DNA of 32,000 nt from Acholeplasma laidlawii PG-8A (GTDB lineage Bacteria; Bacillota_I; Bacilli_A; Acholeplasmatales; Acholeplasmataceae), in NCBI RefSeq assembly GCF_000018785.1, contig NC_010163.1:180001-212000 (forward strand), in the 5' to 3' direction. The notes beneath the pieces are model-generated. The model had not been told where the DNA came from, made no database searches, and worked only from the letters and a program-made list of their open reading frames with translations. Positions within the stretch are counted from its first letter, which is position 1. Every line of letters begins with the position of its first letter. This document shows positions 1 to 9,385 of this stretch, piece by piece. The translations under genes were made by a program, and so were the position numbers.

Positions 1-1
1 T

Positions 2-1204
2 ACATCAGAAGGTGTCGAAGTATATCGTCACGCTGATGATGAAGAACCATTTACAGCTTTAGCATTCAAAGTCATGACTGACCCATTTGTTGGTAAGTTA
101 ACATTCTTTAGAGTTTACTCAGGTAAAATCAAGAGTGGTTCATACGTACAAAACACAACAAAAGGTGAACGCGAAAGATTTGGTCGTATCTTACAAATGC
201 ACGCAAATACACGTCAAGAAATTGATGAAGTATATGCAGGTGATATCGCAGCTGCAGTTGGTTTAAAAGTTACTACTACAGGTAATACATTAGCAACACA
301 AAATGATGATATTATCTTAGAAAGTATGAACTTCCCTGAACCAGTTATTGAAGTTGCTGTTGAACCAAAAACTAAGAATGACCAAGACAAAATGGGTCAA
401 GCTTTAGCAAAACTTGCTGAAGAAGATCCAACATTCAAAACATATACAAATACTGAAACTGGCCAAACAATTATCGCTGGTATGGGTGAGTTACACTTAG
501 ATATCCTAGTAGATCGTATGAAACGTGAATTCAAAGTTGAAGCAAACGTTACAGAACCTCAAGTATCTTACCGTGAAACATTAACTGTACCAAATGAAAT
601 TGAAGCTAAGTTCATCCGTCAATCAGGTGGTCGTGGACAATACGGTCACGTTGTAATTGACTTTGAACCAAACCCAGGTAAAGGATTTGAATTCGTTGAC
701 AAAATTGTTGGTGGGGTTATTCCAAGAGAATATATTCCATCCGTACAAAAAGGTTTAGAAGAAGCTTTAGGTGGCGGTATCCTTGCAGGGTTCCCTGTTG
801 TTGATATTAAAGCTACATTAAAATTCGGTTCATACCACGATGTCGACTCCTCTGAAATGGCCTATAAAATTGCTGCAAGTATGGCATTAAAAGATGCTAA
901 AAATAAAGCAAATGCTGTCATTTTAGAACCAATTATGGATGTTGAAGTTGTTACTCCAAATGATTATGTAGGTAACGTTATTGGTGATATCACAAGCCGT
1001 CGTGGACGCTTGGAAAGCCAAGAAGGTAGAGGAAATGCAATTTCTATTCGTGCCTTCGTACCACTATCAGAAATGTTTGGTTATGCAACATCACTAAGAT
1101 CTAACACTCAAGGTAGAGCAACATTCGTTATGCAATTTGATCACTTCGATAAAGTACCTAAGAGTATTCAAGAAGAAATCATTAAAAAACGTGGTTCAAA
1201 CTAA
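2..1204 (+). CDS. fusA: Translation elongation factor G, 5'-truncated by the window edge
   Basis: The frame is open from base 2 ([29 protein letters not shown]...), so the ATG at 74 is internal. EF-G domain II-V sequence: [49 protein letters not shown]. Confidence 0.97.
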   Translation, partial: TSEGVEVYRHADDEEPFTALAFKVMTDPFVGKLTFFRVYSGKIKSGSYVQNTTKGERERFGRILQMHANTRQEIDEVYAGDIAAAVGLKVTTTGNTLATQNDDIILESMNFPEPVIEVAVEPKTKNDQDKMGQALAKLAEEDPTFKTYTNTETGQTIIAGMGELHLDILVDRMKREFKVEANVTEPQVSYRETLTVPNEIEAKFIRQSGGRGQYGHVVIDFEPNPGKGFEFVDKIVGGVIPREYIPSVQKGLEEALGGGILAGFPVVDIKATLKFGSYHDVDSSEMAYKIAASMALKDAKNKANAVILEPIMDVEVVTPNDYVGNVIGDITSRRGRLESQEGRGNAISIRAFVPLSEMFGYATSLRSNTQGRATFVMQFDHFDKVPKSIQEEIIKKRGSN

Positions 1205-1273
1205 TCCACTTCACAAAAAATTAGTAATATGATAAAATATCTATTGATAGGCTATTGTATTAATTAAAAATTA

Positions 1274-1279
1274 TAGGAG
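1274..1279 (+). promoter_or_regulatory. Shine-Dalgarno of tuf (AGGAGG)
   Basis: ttataggaggcttttgcgttATG. Confidence 0.8.
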
Positions 1280-1290
1280 GCTTTTGCGTT

Positions 1291-2478
1291 ATGGCAAAAC
1301 AAAAATTCGAAAGAACAAAACCACACGTTAACGTTGGAACAATCGGACACGTTGACCATGGTAAAACTACATTAACTGCTGCAATTACATCAGTACTTGC
1401 AGGAAAAGGTTTAGCTACAAAAAGAGATTATAACCAAATCGATGGTGCACCAGAAGAAAAAGCTCGTGGTATAACTATTAACGCATCTCACGTTGAGTAT
1501 GAAACTGTAAACAGACACTACGCTCACGTAGACTGCCCAGGTCACGCTGACTATGTTAAAAACATGATTACAGGTGCTGCTCAAATGGACGGTGCTATCT
1601 TAGTTGTTTCTGCAGCGGATGGTCCAATGCCACAAACTCGTGAACATATTCTTTTATCACGCCAAGTTGGGGTACCTAAATTAGTAGTATTCTTAAACAA
1701 AGCTGACTTAGTTGATGACGAAGAGTTATTAGACTTAGTTGAAATGGAAGTTAGAGAATTATTATCAGAATATGATTTCCCAGGAGATGATATTCCAGTA
1801 ATTAAAGGATCTGCTTTAGGCGCTTTAGAAGGTAAACCAGAATGGGTTGCTAAAGTTGAAGAATTAATGGATGCAGTTGATGCATACATCGATACTCCAT
1901 TACGTGCTACTGACAAACCATTTATGATGCCAGTTGAAGACGTATTCACAATTACAGGTCGTGGTACAGTTGCTACAGGACGTGTTGATCGTGGTATCGT
2001 TAAAGTTGGTGACCAAGTTGAAATCGTTGGTATTACTGATACTAAAACTACAACTGTTACAGGTGTAGAAATGTTTAGAAAATTATTAGACCAAGCTGAA
2101 GCTGGAGACAACATCGGTGCTTTATTAAGAGGTGTTGATCGTGAAGGTGTAGAACGTGGTCAAGTATTATCAAAACCAGGTACAGTTAAACCTCATGCTA
2201 AATTCACTGCTCAAATTTATGTATTAAGTAAAGAAGAAGGTGGACGCCATACAGCGTTCTTCTCAAACTATCGTCCTCAATTCTACTTCAGAACTACAGA
2301 CATCACAGGTATCATCACTTTAGGTGAAGGTACTGAAATGGTTATGCCAGGTGATAACGCTGAAGTTACAGTAGAACTTATTCACCCAATCGCGCTTGAA
2401 GAAGGTACAAAATTCTCAATCCGCGAAGGTGGTAGAACAGTTGCTTCTGGATCAGTAGTTAAAATTCTTGCTGACTAA
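1291..2478 (+). CDS. tuf: Elongation factor Tu
   Basis: 395 aa with [36 protein letters not shown], and a complete C-terminus. Confidence 0.99.
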   Translation: MAKQKFERTKPHVNVGTIGHVDHGKTTLTAAITSVLAGKGLATKRDYNQIDGAPEEKARGITINASHVEYETVNRHYAHVDCPGHADYVKNMITGAAQMDGAILVVSAADGPMPQTREHILLSRQVGVPKLVVFLNKADLVDDEELLDLVEMEVRELLSEYDFPGDDIPVIKGSALGALEGKPEWVAKVEELMDAVDAYIDTPLRATDKPFMMPVEDVFTITGRGTVATGRVDRGIVKVGDQVEIVGITDTKTTTVTGVEMFRKLLDQAEAGDNIGALLRGVDREGVERGQVLSKPGTVKPHAKFTAQIYVLSKEEGGRHTAFFSNYRPQFYFRTTDITGIITLGEGTEMVMPGDNAEVTVELIHPIALEEGTKFSIREGGRTVASGSVVKILAD

Positions 2479-2498
2479 TTAAAGTTTAAAAACTTATG

Positions 2499-2528
2499 GA
2501 ACCTATCCTGTTGGATAGGTTCTTTTTT
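2499..2528 (+). terminator. Intrinsic terminator of tuf
   Basis: GAACCTATCC-TGTT-GGATAGGTTC followed by TTTTTT. Confidence 0.93.
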
Positions 2529-2629
2529 ATATACAATATATGTAATTCTTACGAGATTCATACCACAAAACCCCATCTGAAATACTATCTATGATATAAT
2601 TTACTAGGAACAAATAAAAGGATTATTAT

Positions 2630-3388
2630 ATGATAGATACCCATGCACATATCAATACAAAAGAATTTGATAAAAGATTAGATGAAGTTTTAATGAACGC
2701 CAAATTAAATGGTGTGGATAAAATTTTAGTTGTCGGTATGGATACATACCATAACTTACGCGCTATTGAACTAGCTTCTACGTTTGATAACCTGTATGCA
2801 AGTGTTGGTATACACCCAACAAGTTTAAGTGGAGATGTTGAAGACTTACTTCCACTATTTAAACATAAGAAAGTAGTTGCTGTTGGAGAAACTGGCATAG
2901 ACCTTTATTGGGATAAGTCCAATTTAGATGAACAAATAAAGTATTTTACAGAACAAATTGAACTGGCCATTTCACTTAACTTGCCAATTATTGTTCATAC
3001 AAGAAATTCTTTTAATGAAGCCTATGAATGTCTTCTACCTTATAAAGGTAAAATTAAAGGTGTATTTCATTCCTTTTCATCAAATATAGAAGATGCAAAA
3101 AAAGCAATTGAACTTGGATTTCTAATTGGTATATCCGGTGTTGTAACCTTTAAAAAGGCTACAGATTTACATGAAATTGTTGAAAAAATAGATATATCTC
3201 ACATGATTTTAGAAACGGATTCACCGTATCTAGCACCTGTACCTTTTAGAGGTAAGATGAATGAACCAGGTTACACCAAATATGTATTAGAAACTGTTTC
3301 AAAAATTAAAAACATGGAAATCCATGAAGTAGATAAAATTACCACTTTAAATGCAATCAAGTTATTCCAATTGGAGGAAACACTATGA
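2630..3388 (+). CDS. tatD: TatD family metal-dependent hydrolase/DNase
   Basis: MIDTHAHIN, VAVGETGIDLYW, GVFHSFSSN, ETDSPYLAPVPFRGKMNEP motifs. Confidence 0.95.
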   Translation: MIDTHAHINTKEFDKRLDEVLMNAKLNGVDKILVVGMDTYHNLRAIELASTFDNLYASVGIHPTSLSGDVEDLLPLFKHKKVVAVGETGIDLYWDKSNLDEQIKYFTEQIELAISLNLPIIVHTRNSFNEAYECLLPYKGKIKGVFHSFSSNIEDAKKAIELGFLIGISGVVTFKKATDLHEIVEKIDISHMILETDSPYLAPVPFRGKMNEPGYTKYVLETVSKIKNMEIHEVDKITTLNAIKLFQLEETL

Positions 3389-4140
3389 AAAAAATATTGA
3401 ATATCTTATTACTCTTAGTATTAATTTTCACCTTAAGTAGCTGTACAGCACTTGAAGCATATGCAGATAATATTAGACCAACTACTTACGCACCAGCTTT
3501 AACAGAATCTGAAGCAGGATTTATCGAGATGTTACCAGATTTGAAACGTGCTGGTATTTCAGTCAATAATCCTACAATTTTAGGTGATGAGACACAAACT
3601 AGAAAAGGTTCTGGTGTGATTATTAAAAAAGAAACTGGTGGGTTAAATACCGTATACTATGCACTGACTACACAATGGGTTGTAGAAAATTCACTAACGG
3701 TGACAATATTCACTGAAAATGGCACAAGTATTTCAGGTCAAGTGTTAAACTCTAAAATAAGTTATGAGGCTGATGAAGATATCGCTTTGATTAGATTCTC
3801 ATCTTCAGAGAATTTACATGTTGTAGAACTCAAAAGAATTGATGAGGGTGTATCACTAGATAATTTAACTATTTTTTCTATAGCAACGCCTATTTCAACA
3901 GCGTATTTAAACTTTGTAACAAACCCTGCGCTCATTATGGGTGTTTATGATAACCGTATTGTACATGGTACAAATTTAAACTTTGGAACCCTTGGTTCAC
4001 CGCTTTATTTAAAATCAACGGGAGAACTTATCGGTATTAATGTGAAATATTCATTTACAGCTGGTGGTCGCCCTGAAGTTTTAATTAATGAAGCGATACA
4101 TATTAATAGGGTGATAGATCTTGTTGAAGGGTACCTATAA
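3385..4140 (+). CDS. Lipoprotein with a degenerate trypsin/DegP-like fold, predicted catalytically inactive
   Basis: Lipobox LSSC. Aligns to the next ORF (YYALTTQWVVEN vs YYYVLTNNHVVET; DEDIALIRF vs DDDIAIVRF; GTLGSPLY vs GNSGGPLF), but the catalytic His and Ser positions are substituted. Confidence 0.75.
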   Translation: MKKILNILLLLVLIFTLSSCTALEAYADNIRPTTYAPALTESEAGFIEMLPDLKRAGISVNNPTILGDETQTRKGSGVIIKKETGGLNTVYYALTTQWVVENSLTVTIFTENGTSISGQVLNSKISYEADEDIALIRFSSSENLHVVELKRIDEGVSLDNLTIFSIATPISTAYLNFVTNPALIMGVYDNRIVHGTNLNFGTLGSPLYLKSTGELIGINVKYSFTAGGRPEVLINEAIHINRVIDLVEGYL

Positions 4141-4144
4141 GTCT

Positions 4145-5233
4145 ATGAAAAAAGTATACGCATTTAGTTTAGTGCTATTACTACTTTTATTAACGAGTTG
4201 CTTGCCTAGTGACATAGCACATCCAATAAGGGATGTGCCAACAGAAGCCGAATTTCAAGCGTTAGTAGAAGATTTAAGTGATAGTACAGTCAATTTATTT
4301 GGCTATTACATGACTTTTGAAGTGTCATTAGGATCAGGGTTAATCTTTGATAGAGAACCTTCAAAAGACGGTATGTATTACTATTATGTTTTAACGAATA
4401 ATCATGTGGTGGAAACCATGACTTATATGAAAGTTAAAACAAATCAAGGTAACATCGAAATTGGTGATATCTACGCTTTTCCACTCTCAGAAACTGATAA
4501 CGATGACATAGCAATTGTTCGTTTTGAATCTAGTTATGAATATCCATTAATTGAAATTAAACCACTAGATACTGAAACAAATACTCACGTTCAATTATCT
4601 GTTGGACAATATGTATTTGGTATAGGTACGCCAGTATCTAAAGATAATTTTAATTTAACAACTAATCTAGGTATTATTTCTGATCTTAATAGCTACTATG
4701 TCAGTCATACAGCAAATATTAATCCAGGTAACTCAGGGGGACCACTATTTAGTTATGATGGTACATTTATTGGTGTCAATACTCAACGTGTTGAAATCAT
4801 TAATGGTGAAACAATTTATTTAGTGGGTGATGCCATCCATGTTAATAAAGTAGCAGAAGTTATTCAAAGAAGATTAGGTAATGTGACACCTAAATTAGGT
4901 ATTATCATCCGTCCATATGATGATTTTGTAAGTATGGAATATGAAGCATATTTTGGTGATAAAGCAGCAGACTTTGATCCTTATGATTATGTACCTAAAA
5001 ATTCTAGTGGTGTTGTAATCATAGAAGTTAATAGTACAAGATCAAGTGCTGGTGTTTTAGAAAGATTTGATTTGGTTCAAAAACTAAATGGTGTTGAGAT
5101 TAAATCAAATGAGGACTTAATTAATGCAATCGGCACACTTCAAGTAGGTAATACTTACACATTTGAAGTGGTTAGATTCAATGAAGATTTACACATATTT
5201 GAAAATCTTGAACTGGAGGTAGTTATCAAATGA
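4145..5233 (+). CDS. DegP/HtrA-like serine protease lipoprotein with a C-terminal PDZ-like domain
   Basis: Track start 4121 is a TTG; ATG 4145 (MKKVYAFSLVLLLLLLTSC) gives a clean lipoprotein signal. Triad motifs NNHVVE, DDDIAIVRF, NPGNSGGP. PDZ-like sequence VVIIEVNSTRSSAGVLERFDLVQKLNGVEIKS. Confidence 0.9.
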   Translation: MKKVYAFSLVLLLLLLTSCLPSDIAHPIRDVPTEAEFQALVEDLSDSTVNLFGYYMTFEVSLGSGLIFDREPSKDGMYYYYVLTNNHVVETMTYMKVKTNQGNIEIGDIYAFPLSETDNDDIAIVRFESSYEYPLIEIKPLDTETNTHVQLSVGQYVFGIGTPVSKDNFNLTTNLGIISDLNSYYVSHTANINPGNSGGPLFSYDGTFIGVNTQRVEIINGETIYLVGDAIHVNKVAEVIQRRLGNVTPKLGIIIRPYDDFVSMEYEAYFGDKAADFDPYDYVPKNSSGVVIIEVNSTRSSAGVLERFDLVQKLNGVEIKSNEDLINAIGTLQVGNTYTFEVVRFNEDLHIFENLELEVVIK

Positions 5234-5679
5234 AACTTGTACATAACTATTTAACAAAAACAAATCAAACGATAAGCTTTGCAGAATCTATGACTGGAGG
5301 ACGCTTAAGTTACGAATTGGTTAAGTTCCAAGGTGCTTCAAAAATCTTTAAAGAAGGATTCATTTTATATAGTGATGAAGCTAAGGTGAGAACCTTAAAA
5401 ATGGATCAAAAAGATATTGATAAATATGGTGTGGTTTCACATGAAATTGCATCTTTAATGGCAACTCAATTACAAAAAATTACAGGTGCTGATTTTGCTG
5501 TATCAGTGACTGGTTATGCAAGTGGAAAAGATAAGAATATGGCTTACGTAGGGGTTTTACACAAGGGATTACTCTATGTAGATGATATTGTTTTCTACCC
5601 AGAAGATAGCCGTGAACAAAACATTAAAACAACCGTTAGAAAAGTTGTGAAAATGTTACATGAAATTATCAAAAAGTAA
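5230..5679 (+). CDS. CinA C-terminal domain protein (PncC-like nicotinamide-nucleotide amidase)
   Basis: ISFAESMTGGRLSYELV, GVVSHEIASLMA, FAVSVTGYASG. ATGA-type overlap with the preceding gene. Confidence 0.88.
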   Translation: MKLVHNYLTKTNQTISFAESMTGGRLSYELVKFQGASKIFKEGFILYSDEAKVRTLKMDQKDIDKYGVVSHEIASLMATQLQKITGADFAVSVTGYASGKDKNMAYVGVLHKGLLYVDDIVFYPEDSREQNIKTTVRKVVKMLHEIIKK

Positions 5680-5704
5680 GGTTGCTATTTCATTTATTTA
5701 GTGA

Positions 5705-5710
5705 TATAAT
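5705..5710 (+). promoter_or_regulatory. -10 element (TATAAT) for the rpsF-ssb-rpsR operon
   Basis: tttagtgaTATAATtag, about 77 nt upstream of the rpsF ATG. Confidence 0.55.
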
Positions 5711-5786
5711 TAGAAAGCATGTAAAAATGCAAAAAATTGATCCTTGTCAGAGATGACCAAGAAGTCCAAAAGGAGGAAAAAAAACG

Positions 5787-6074
5787 ATGAGAAAGTACGA
5801 ATTAATGTACATCGCTAATCCACAATTAGACCCAGAAAAATTAAAAGGTCTTGTTGCTAACCTATCAAACGTAATCACATCAAACGGTGGTTCTGTTTTA
5901 TCTTTAAAAGAAATCGGGTTAAAAGATTTAGCATACGAAATCAACAAACATAGAAAAGGTTACTATGTATGGATGTTGGTTGAAGCATCGCCAGAAGCGA
6001 TTGCTGAATACAAACGTGTCGTTAATATTACTGAATCAGTGATTCGTAATATTGAAGTCAAAGAAGGCGAATAA
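5787..6074 (+). CDS. rpsF: Ribosomal protein bS6
   Basis: [43 protein letters not shown] at 5771-5776. Adjacent to ssb and rpsR. Confidence 0.96.
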   Translation: MRKYELMYIANPQLDPEKLKGLVANLSNVITSNGGSVLSLKEIGLKDLAYEINKHRKGYYVWMLVEASPEAIAEYKRVVNITESVIRNIEVKEGE

Positions 6075-6076
6075 TT

Positions 6077-6523
6077 ATGATTAATCGTGTCGTATTAGTT
6101 GGCCGTATAACAAAAGATGTAGACCATAGAGTGACCACCTCAGGTGCAAGCGTTGTGAGTTTTACATTAGCTGTGAATCGTAATTTCACTTCTGCAAGTG
6201 GTGAAAGAGAAGCAGACTTCATTAACTGTGTTACATGGAGAGCATCTGCAGATTTCATGAAAAATTATGTTAAAAAGGGTAACTTACTAGCTGTTGATGG
6301 TCGCATGCAAACAAGAAATTATGAAGATAATGATGGCCGCACAGTATACATTACAGAAGTTGTAGCAGACAGCGTACAACTATTAGAGTCTAGAAGTTCT
6401 AATCAATCTGATAACTCTGGACAATATAGAAATAAATATGAGGCAAATCAATCAAATGATGCTCAAGATGAATTGTATGAAAGTACAAAAAACTTGATTG
6501 CTGATGATGATTTACCATTTTAA
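6077..6523 (+). CDS. ssb: Single-stranded DNA-binding protein
   Basis: [37 protein letters not shown]-terminal acidic tail DDDLPF. Confidence 0.97.
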   Translation: MINRVVLVGRITKDVDHRVTTSGASVVSFTLAVNRNFTSASGEREADFINCVTWRASADFMKNYVKKGNLLAVDGRMQTRNYEDNDGRTVYITEVVADSVQLLESRSSNQSDNSGQYRNKYEANQSNDAQDELYESTKNLIADDDLPF

Positions 6524-6538
6524 GAAAGGAATTTAACA

Positions 6539-6781
6539 ATGCAAGACAGAAAAAATCGTGCTGGTGGATTTAGAAAACGTAAAAAAGTTTGTTTCTTTAC
6601 ACAAAATAAATTTACCCATATTGACTTTAAAGATACAGAATTGCTAAAAAGATTTATCACTGAACGTGGTAAGATCTTACCAAGACGTGTGACTGGTACT
6701 TCAGCAAAATGGCAAAGACCACTAGCTGTAGCTATTAAACGTGCTCGTCATATGGCATTATTACCATTCGTTAAAGAATAA
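6539..6781 (+). CDS. rpsR: Ribosomal protein bS18
   Basis: [51 protein letters not shown]. Confidence 0.97.
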   Translation: MQDRKNRAGGFRKRKKVCFFTQNKFTHIDFKDTELLKRFITERGKILPRRVTGTSAKWQRPLAVAIKRARHMALLPFVKE

Positions 6782-6806
6782 TATAAAATTAAAATTATAA
6801 TTCAAA

Positions 6807-6838
6807 ACAGAAACTAAATAGAGTTTCTGTTTTTTTTA
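6807..6838 (+). terminator. Intrinsic terminator of the rpsF operon
   Basis: ACAGAAACT-aaatag-AGTTTCTGT followed by a T-tract. Confidence 0.92.
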
Positions 6839-6926
6839 AACATTAAATTATCGTGCGAAGAATGAAACATTCACCTCATAATCACTAAATTATGATATAA
6901 TTTATTAAAGAAAGGGGCTTATATGA

Positions 6927-9383
6927 ATGCGTAAATTAATCAATGGAATTTTAATCACTTTATGGGTAATAGCTTTTTTGGTATTTACTCTAGTAACCTT
7001 TACAGAAATGTTTAATCAAATTCCTAACATTAAATTCATCTCCTATATGACTTTTATAGTTATAACACTTTTAGCAGTGTTTGTTTTAATATTAACTATT
7101 GTAAATAATTATAAACAGTACATTAAGAATTTACAGAATAGACTTGCAAGGTGGAGTAAACTATCACCACGTGTCAATCAAGTTGGTGATGATGCCTTTC
7201 ATGAATTACCGATAGGTATTTTAGTACTTGATGAAGGATTAAAAGAAATTAAATGGGTGAACCAATATGCTAAAGTCATATTTGAAGGTAGGTTAATTGA
7301 CCGACCTGTTGCAGAGATATCTGCATCTTTAGCAGATTATTTATTAAGTGATAATAAACAACCCATAACTATCTCAGTTAAAGACCAAAAATATGAAGTG
7401 TTATATAAAGACTCTTTCCAAGTTATCTACCTATTTAATGTTACATCCAGAGAAAATGTGAAGTTGGAATTCATTAAAAACTTACCAGCTATTGGTATAT
7501 TAAATCTTGATAACTTTGAAGATAATATGACAAACTTTGATATCTCAGAACAAACGAGTATCAAAGGTGAGTATTTATCAGCCATAGCAGATTGGGTAGA
7601 TGAATACAATGGTTATTTAAAACCATACGGTGATAACCGAATGGTGATGTTAATCAAACGTAAACGATTAGAAGATATGATGGCTAAGAAGTTTGATATC
7701 TTAGAGCATATACGTGATATATCAACCAATTATGGTATTAGAGTGACCTTATCCATTGGTATTGCATCATGGGATTTAGAATATGATGAATTATCAGATT
7801 ATGCCCAAAACGCGATTGAACTTGCTGAAAAGCGTGGTGGTGACCAAGCGGTTGTAAATATTCAAAATCAAAAGATTGCATACTTTGGTGCGAAATTAGA
7901 ATCGATTACTAGATCAAGTAGAACCAATGCTAGGCTAGCTGCTCAAATGCTAGGGGATACCTTAAATAAGGCAGACCAAATCTATATTATGGGTCATGAT
8001 CAAACGGATTTAGACTCATTTGGTGCAATGATAGGTGCACTTAAAATGTCACTTACAACACCGGATATTGCTGCATATTTAATTGTTGATATGGAAAAGT
8101 TAGATCCGACAGTTACTGATGTTTATAATTACTTATTATCCATGAATCACCTAGTAACCAAACACGTTATTACAACTCAAGAAGCCCTAGCACGTAAAAC
8201 TAAAGATACTCTGCTCATGATTTTAGATACTCAAAACCCGCAAATCGTTCACAGTAAGGAACTTCTTGATTTAAAATTAAAGACTGCTGTCATTGACCAC
8301 CACCGTGGTAATGAAGCATCCATTAAAGGCGATTTCTCGTTTATTGATCCGGGTGCCTCATCTACAGTAGAGCTTATGATGGAGTTATTTAGTTTCTTCC
8401 CTGTTGAAATACAATTAGATGCTCCTGAGGCAAGTGTCATGTATGGTGGTATCATTTTAGATACAAACACCTTTACATATAGAACCAATGCTAGAACGTT
8501 TGATGTTGCATCTAAGTTAAAAGATTATGGTGCAGACACCATGATGGTTAAAACATGGCTAAGAAGTGATTTAAACAGAATTATTAAACAAAACGAATTA
8601 CTGGGTAAAGTTGAAATATTCTTAGATAGATTTGCTATTGTAAAGACCGAAGACGTCTTTAATGATCGTACGTTTATTGCCCAGCTTTCAGAATCCTTAC
8701 TAGAAATTAAAAATGTAGATGCATCCTTTACAATTGTTAATTTCTCAGATGGTACTGTTGGTATTTCAGCACGAAGTTTTGGTGCAATTAACGTTCAGCT
8801 ACTCATGGAAGAAATGGGCGGTGGTGGACATTTAAGTTCTGCAGCGACCCAAATTAAAGATGTAAGTGTCAATGATGCTTACCTACAATTAAAACATATA
8901 TTAGAATTAGAATATGGAGGAGACAATACACCTATGAAAGTTATATTATTAGAAGATGTTAAAGGTAAAGGTAAAAAGGATCAAGTGATTGAATTAGCAG
9001 GTGGTTATGCCAACTACTTAATTTCAAATAAACTTGCTGTTTTTGCAAATGAGGAAAACATTAAAAAACTAGAAGATAAAAAAGAAAAAGAACGTGAAGA
9101 GGCTGCAAAATACTTAGAATTAATGAAGAAGGTTGCTTCTGAAATTGAAGGTAAATCTATTACATTATCTATTAATGTTGGTGCGGATGGTAAACGCTTT
9201 GGTTCGATTACAACAAAGCAAATCGTTGAAGCATTCCATGAAAAACATGGTGTGATGATTGATAAAAAGCGTTTAGAATTAGCAAATGACATTGGATCTG
9301 TTGGTATTTATCCAGTAACTGTAAGTTTAGATAAAGGTGTAAAGGCAACATTTGAAGTAAATATAATTGAAAGAAGAGATTAG
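6927..9383 (+). CDS. gdpP: GdpP/YybT-type membrane c-di-AMP phosphodiesterase (PAS-like, degenerate GGDEF, DHH-DHHA1) fused in frame to ribosomal protein bL9
   Basis: Two N-terminal TM segments, GHDQTDLDSFGAMIGA, TAVIDHHRGNEASIKG, GGGGHLSSAATQI. Residues 670-818 are a complete L9. No stop codon lies between the two parts. Confidence 0.93.
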   Translation: MRKLINGILITLWVIAFLVFTLVTFTEMFNQIPNIKFISYMTFIVITLLAVFVLILTIVNNYKQYIKNLQNRLARWSKLSPRVNQVGDDAFHELPIGILVLDEGLKEIKWVNQYAKVIFEGRLIDRPVAEISASLADYLLSDNKQPITISVKDQKYEVLYKDSFQVIYLFNVTSRENVKLEFIKNLPAIGILNLDNFEDNMTNFDISEQTSIKGEYLSAIADWVDEYNGYLKPYGDNRMVMLIKRKRLEDMMAKKFDILEHIRDISTNYGIRVTLSIGIASWDLEYDELSDYAQNAIELAEKRGGDQAVVNIQNQKIAYFGAKLESITRSSRTNARLAAQMLGDTLNKADQIYIMGHDQTDLDSFGAMIGALKMSLTTPDIAAYLIVDMEKLDPTVTDVYNYLLSMNHLVTKHVITTQEALARKTKDTLLMILDTQNPQIVHSKELLDLKLKTAVIDHHRGNEASIKGDFSFIDPGASSTVELMMELFSFFPVEIQLDAPEASVMYGGIILDTNTFTYRTNARTFDVASKLKDYGADTMMVKTWLRSDLNRIIKQNELLGKVEIFLDRFAIVKTEDVFNDRTFIAQLSESLLEIKNVDASFTIVNFSDGTVGISARSFGAINVQLLMEEMGGGGHLSSAATQIKDVSVNDAYLQLKHILELEYGGDNTPMKVILLEDVKGKGKKDQVIELAGGYANYLISNKLAVFANEENIKKLEDKKEKEREEAAKYLELMKKVASEIEGKSITLSINVGADGKRFGSITTKQIVEAFHEKHGVMIDKKRLELANDIGSVGIYPVTVSLDKGVKATFEVNIIERRD
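8934..9383 (+). CDS. rplI: Ribosomal protein bL9 module; possible independent internal translation start
   Basis: MKVILLEDVKGKGKKDQVIELAGGYANYLISNKLAVFA..., 149 aa. GGAGGAG at 8916-8922 precedes ATG 8934, in frame with 6927. Confidence 0.85.
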   Translation: MKVILLEDVKGKGKKDQVIELAGGYANYLISNKLAVFANEENIKKLEDKKEKEREEAAKYLELMKKVASEIEGKSITLSINVGADGKRFGSITTKQIVEAFHEKHGVMIDKKRLELANDIGSVGIYPVTVSLDKGVKATFEVNIIERRD

Positions 9384-9385
9384 TT

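Noticed and set aside
1581-2114. Minus-strand ORF of 177 aa antisense to tuf
   Set aside because: Lies entirely within highly conserved tuf on the other strand; low-complexity Ser/Thr-rich translation typical of an antisense shadow frame.
2626-2898. Minus-strand ORF antisense to tatD
   Set aside because: Shadow frame of tatD, no recognizable motif or SD.
4121-4144. TTG start for the HtrA-like lipoprotein proposed by the ORF track
   Set aside because: ATG 4145 gives a canonical lysine-led lipoprotein signal peptide; the TTG start would add eight residues ahead of it.
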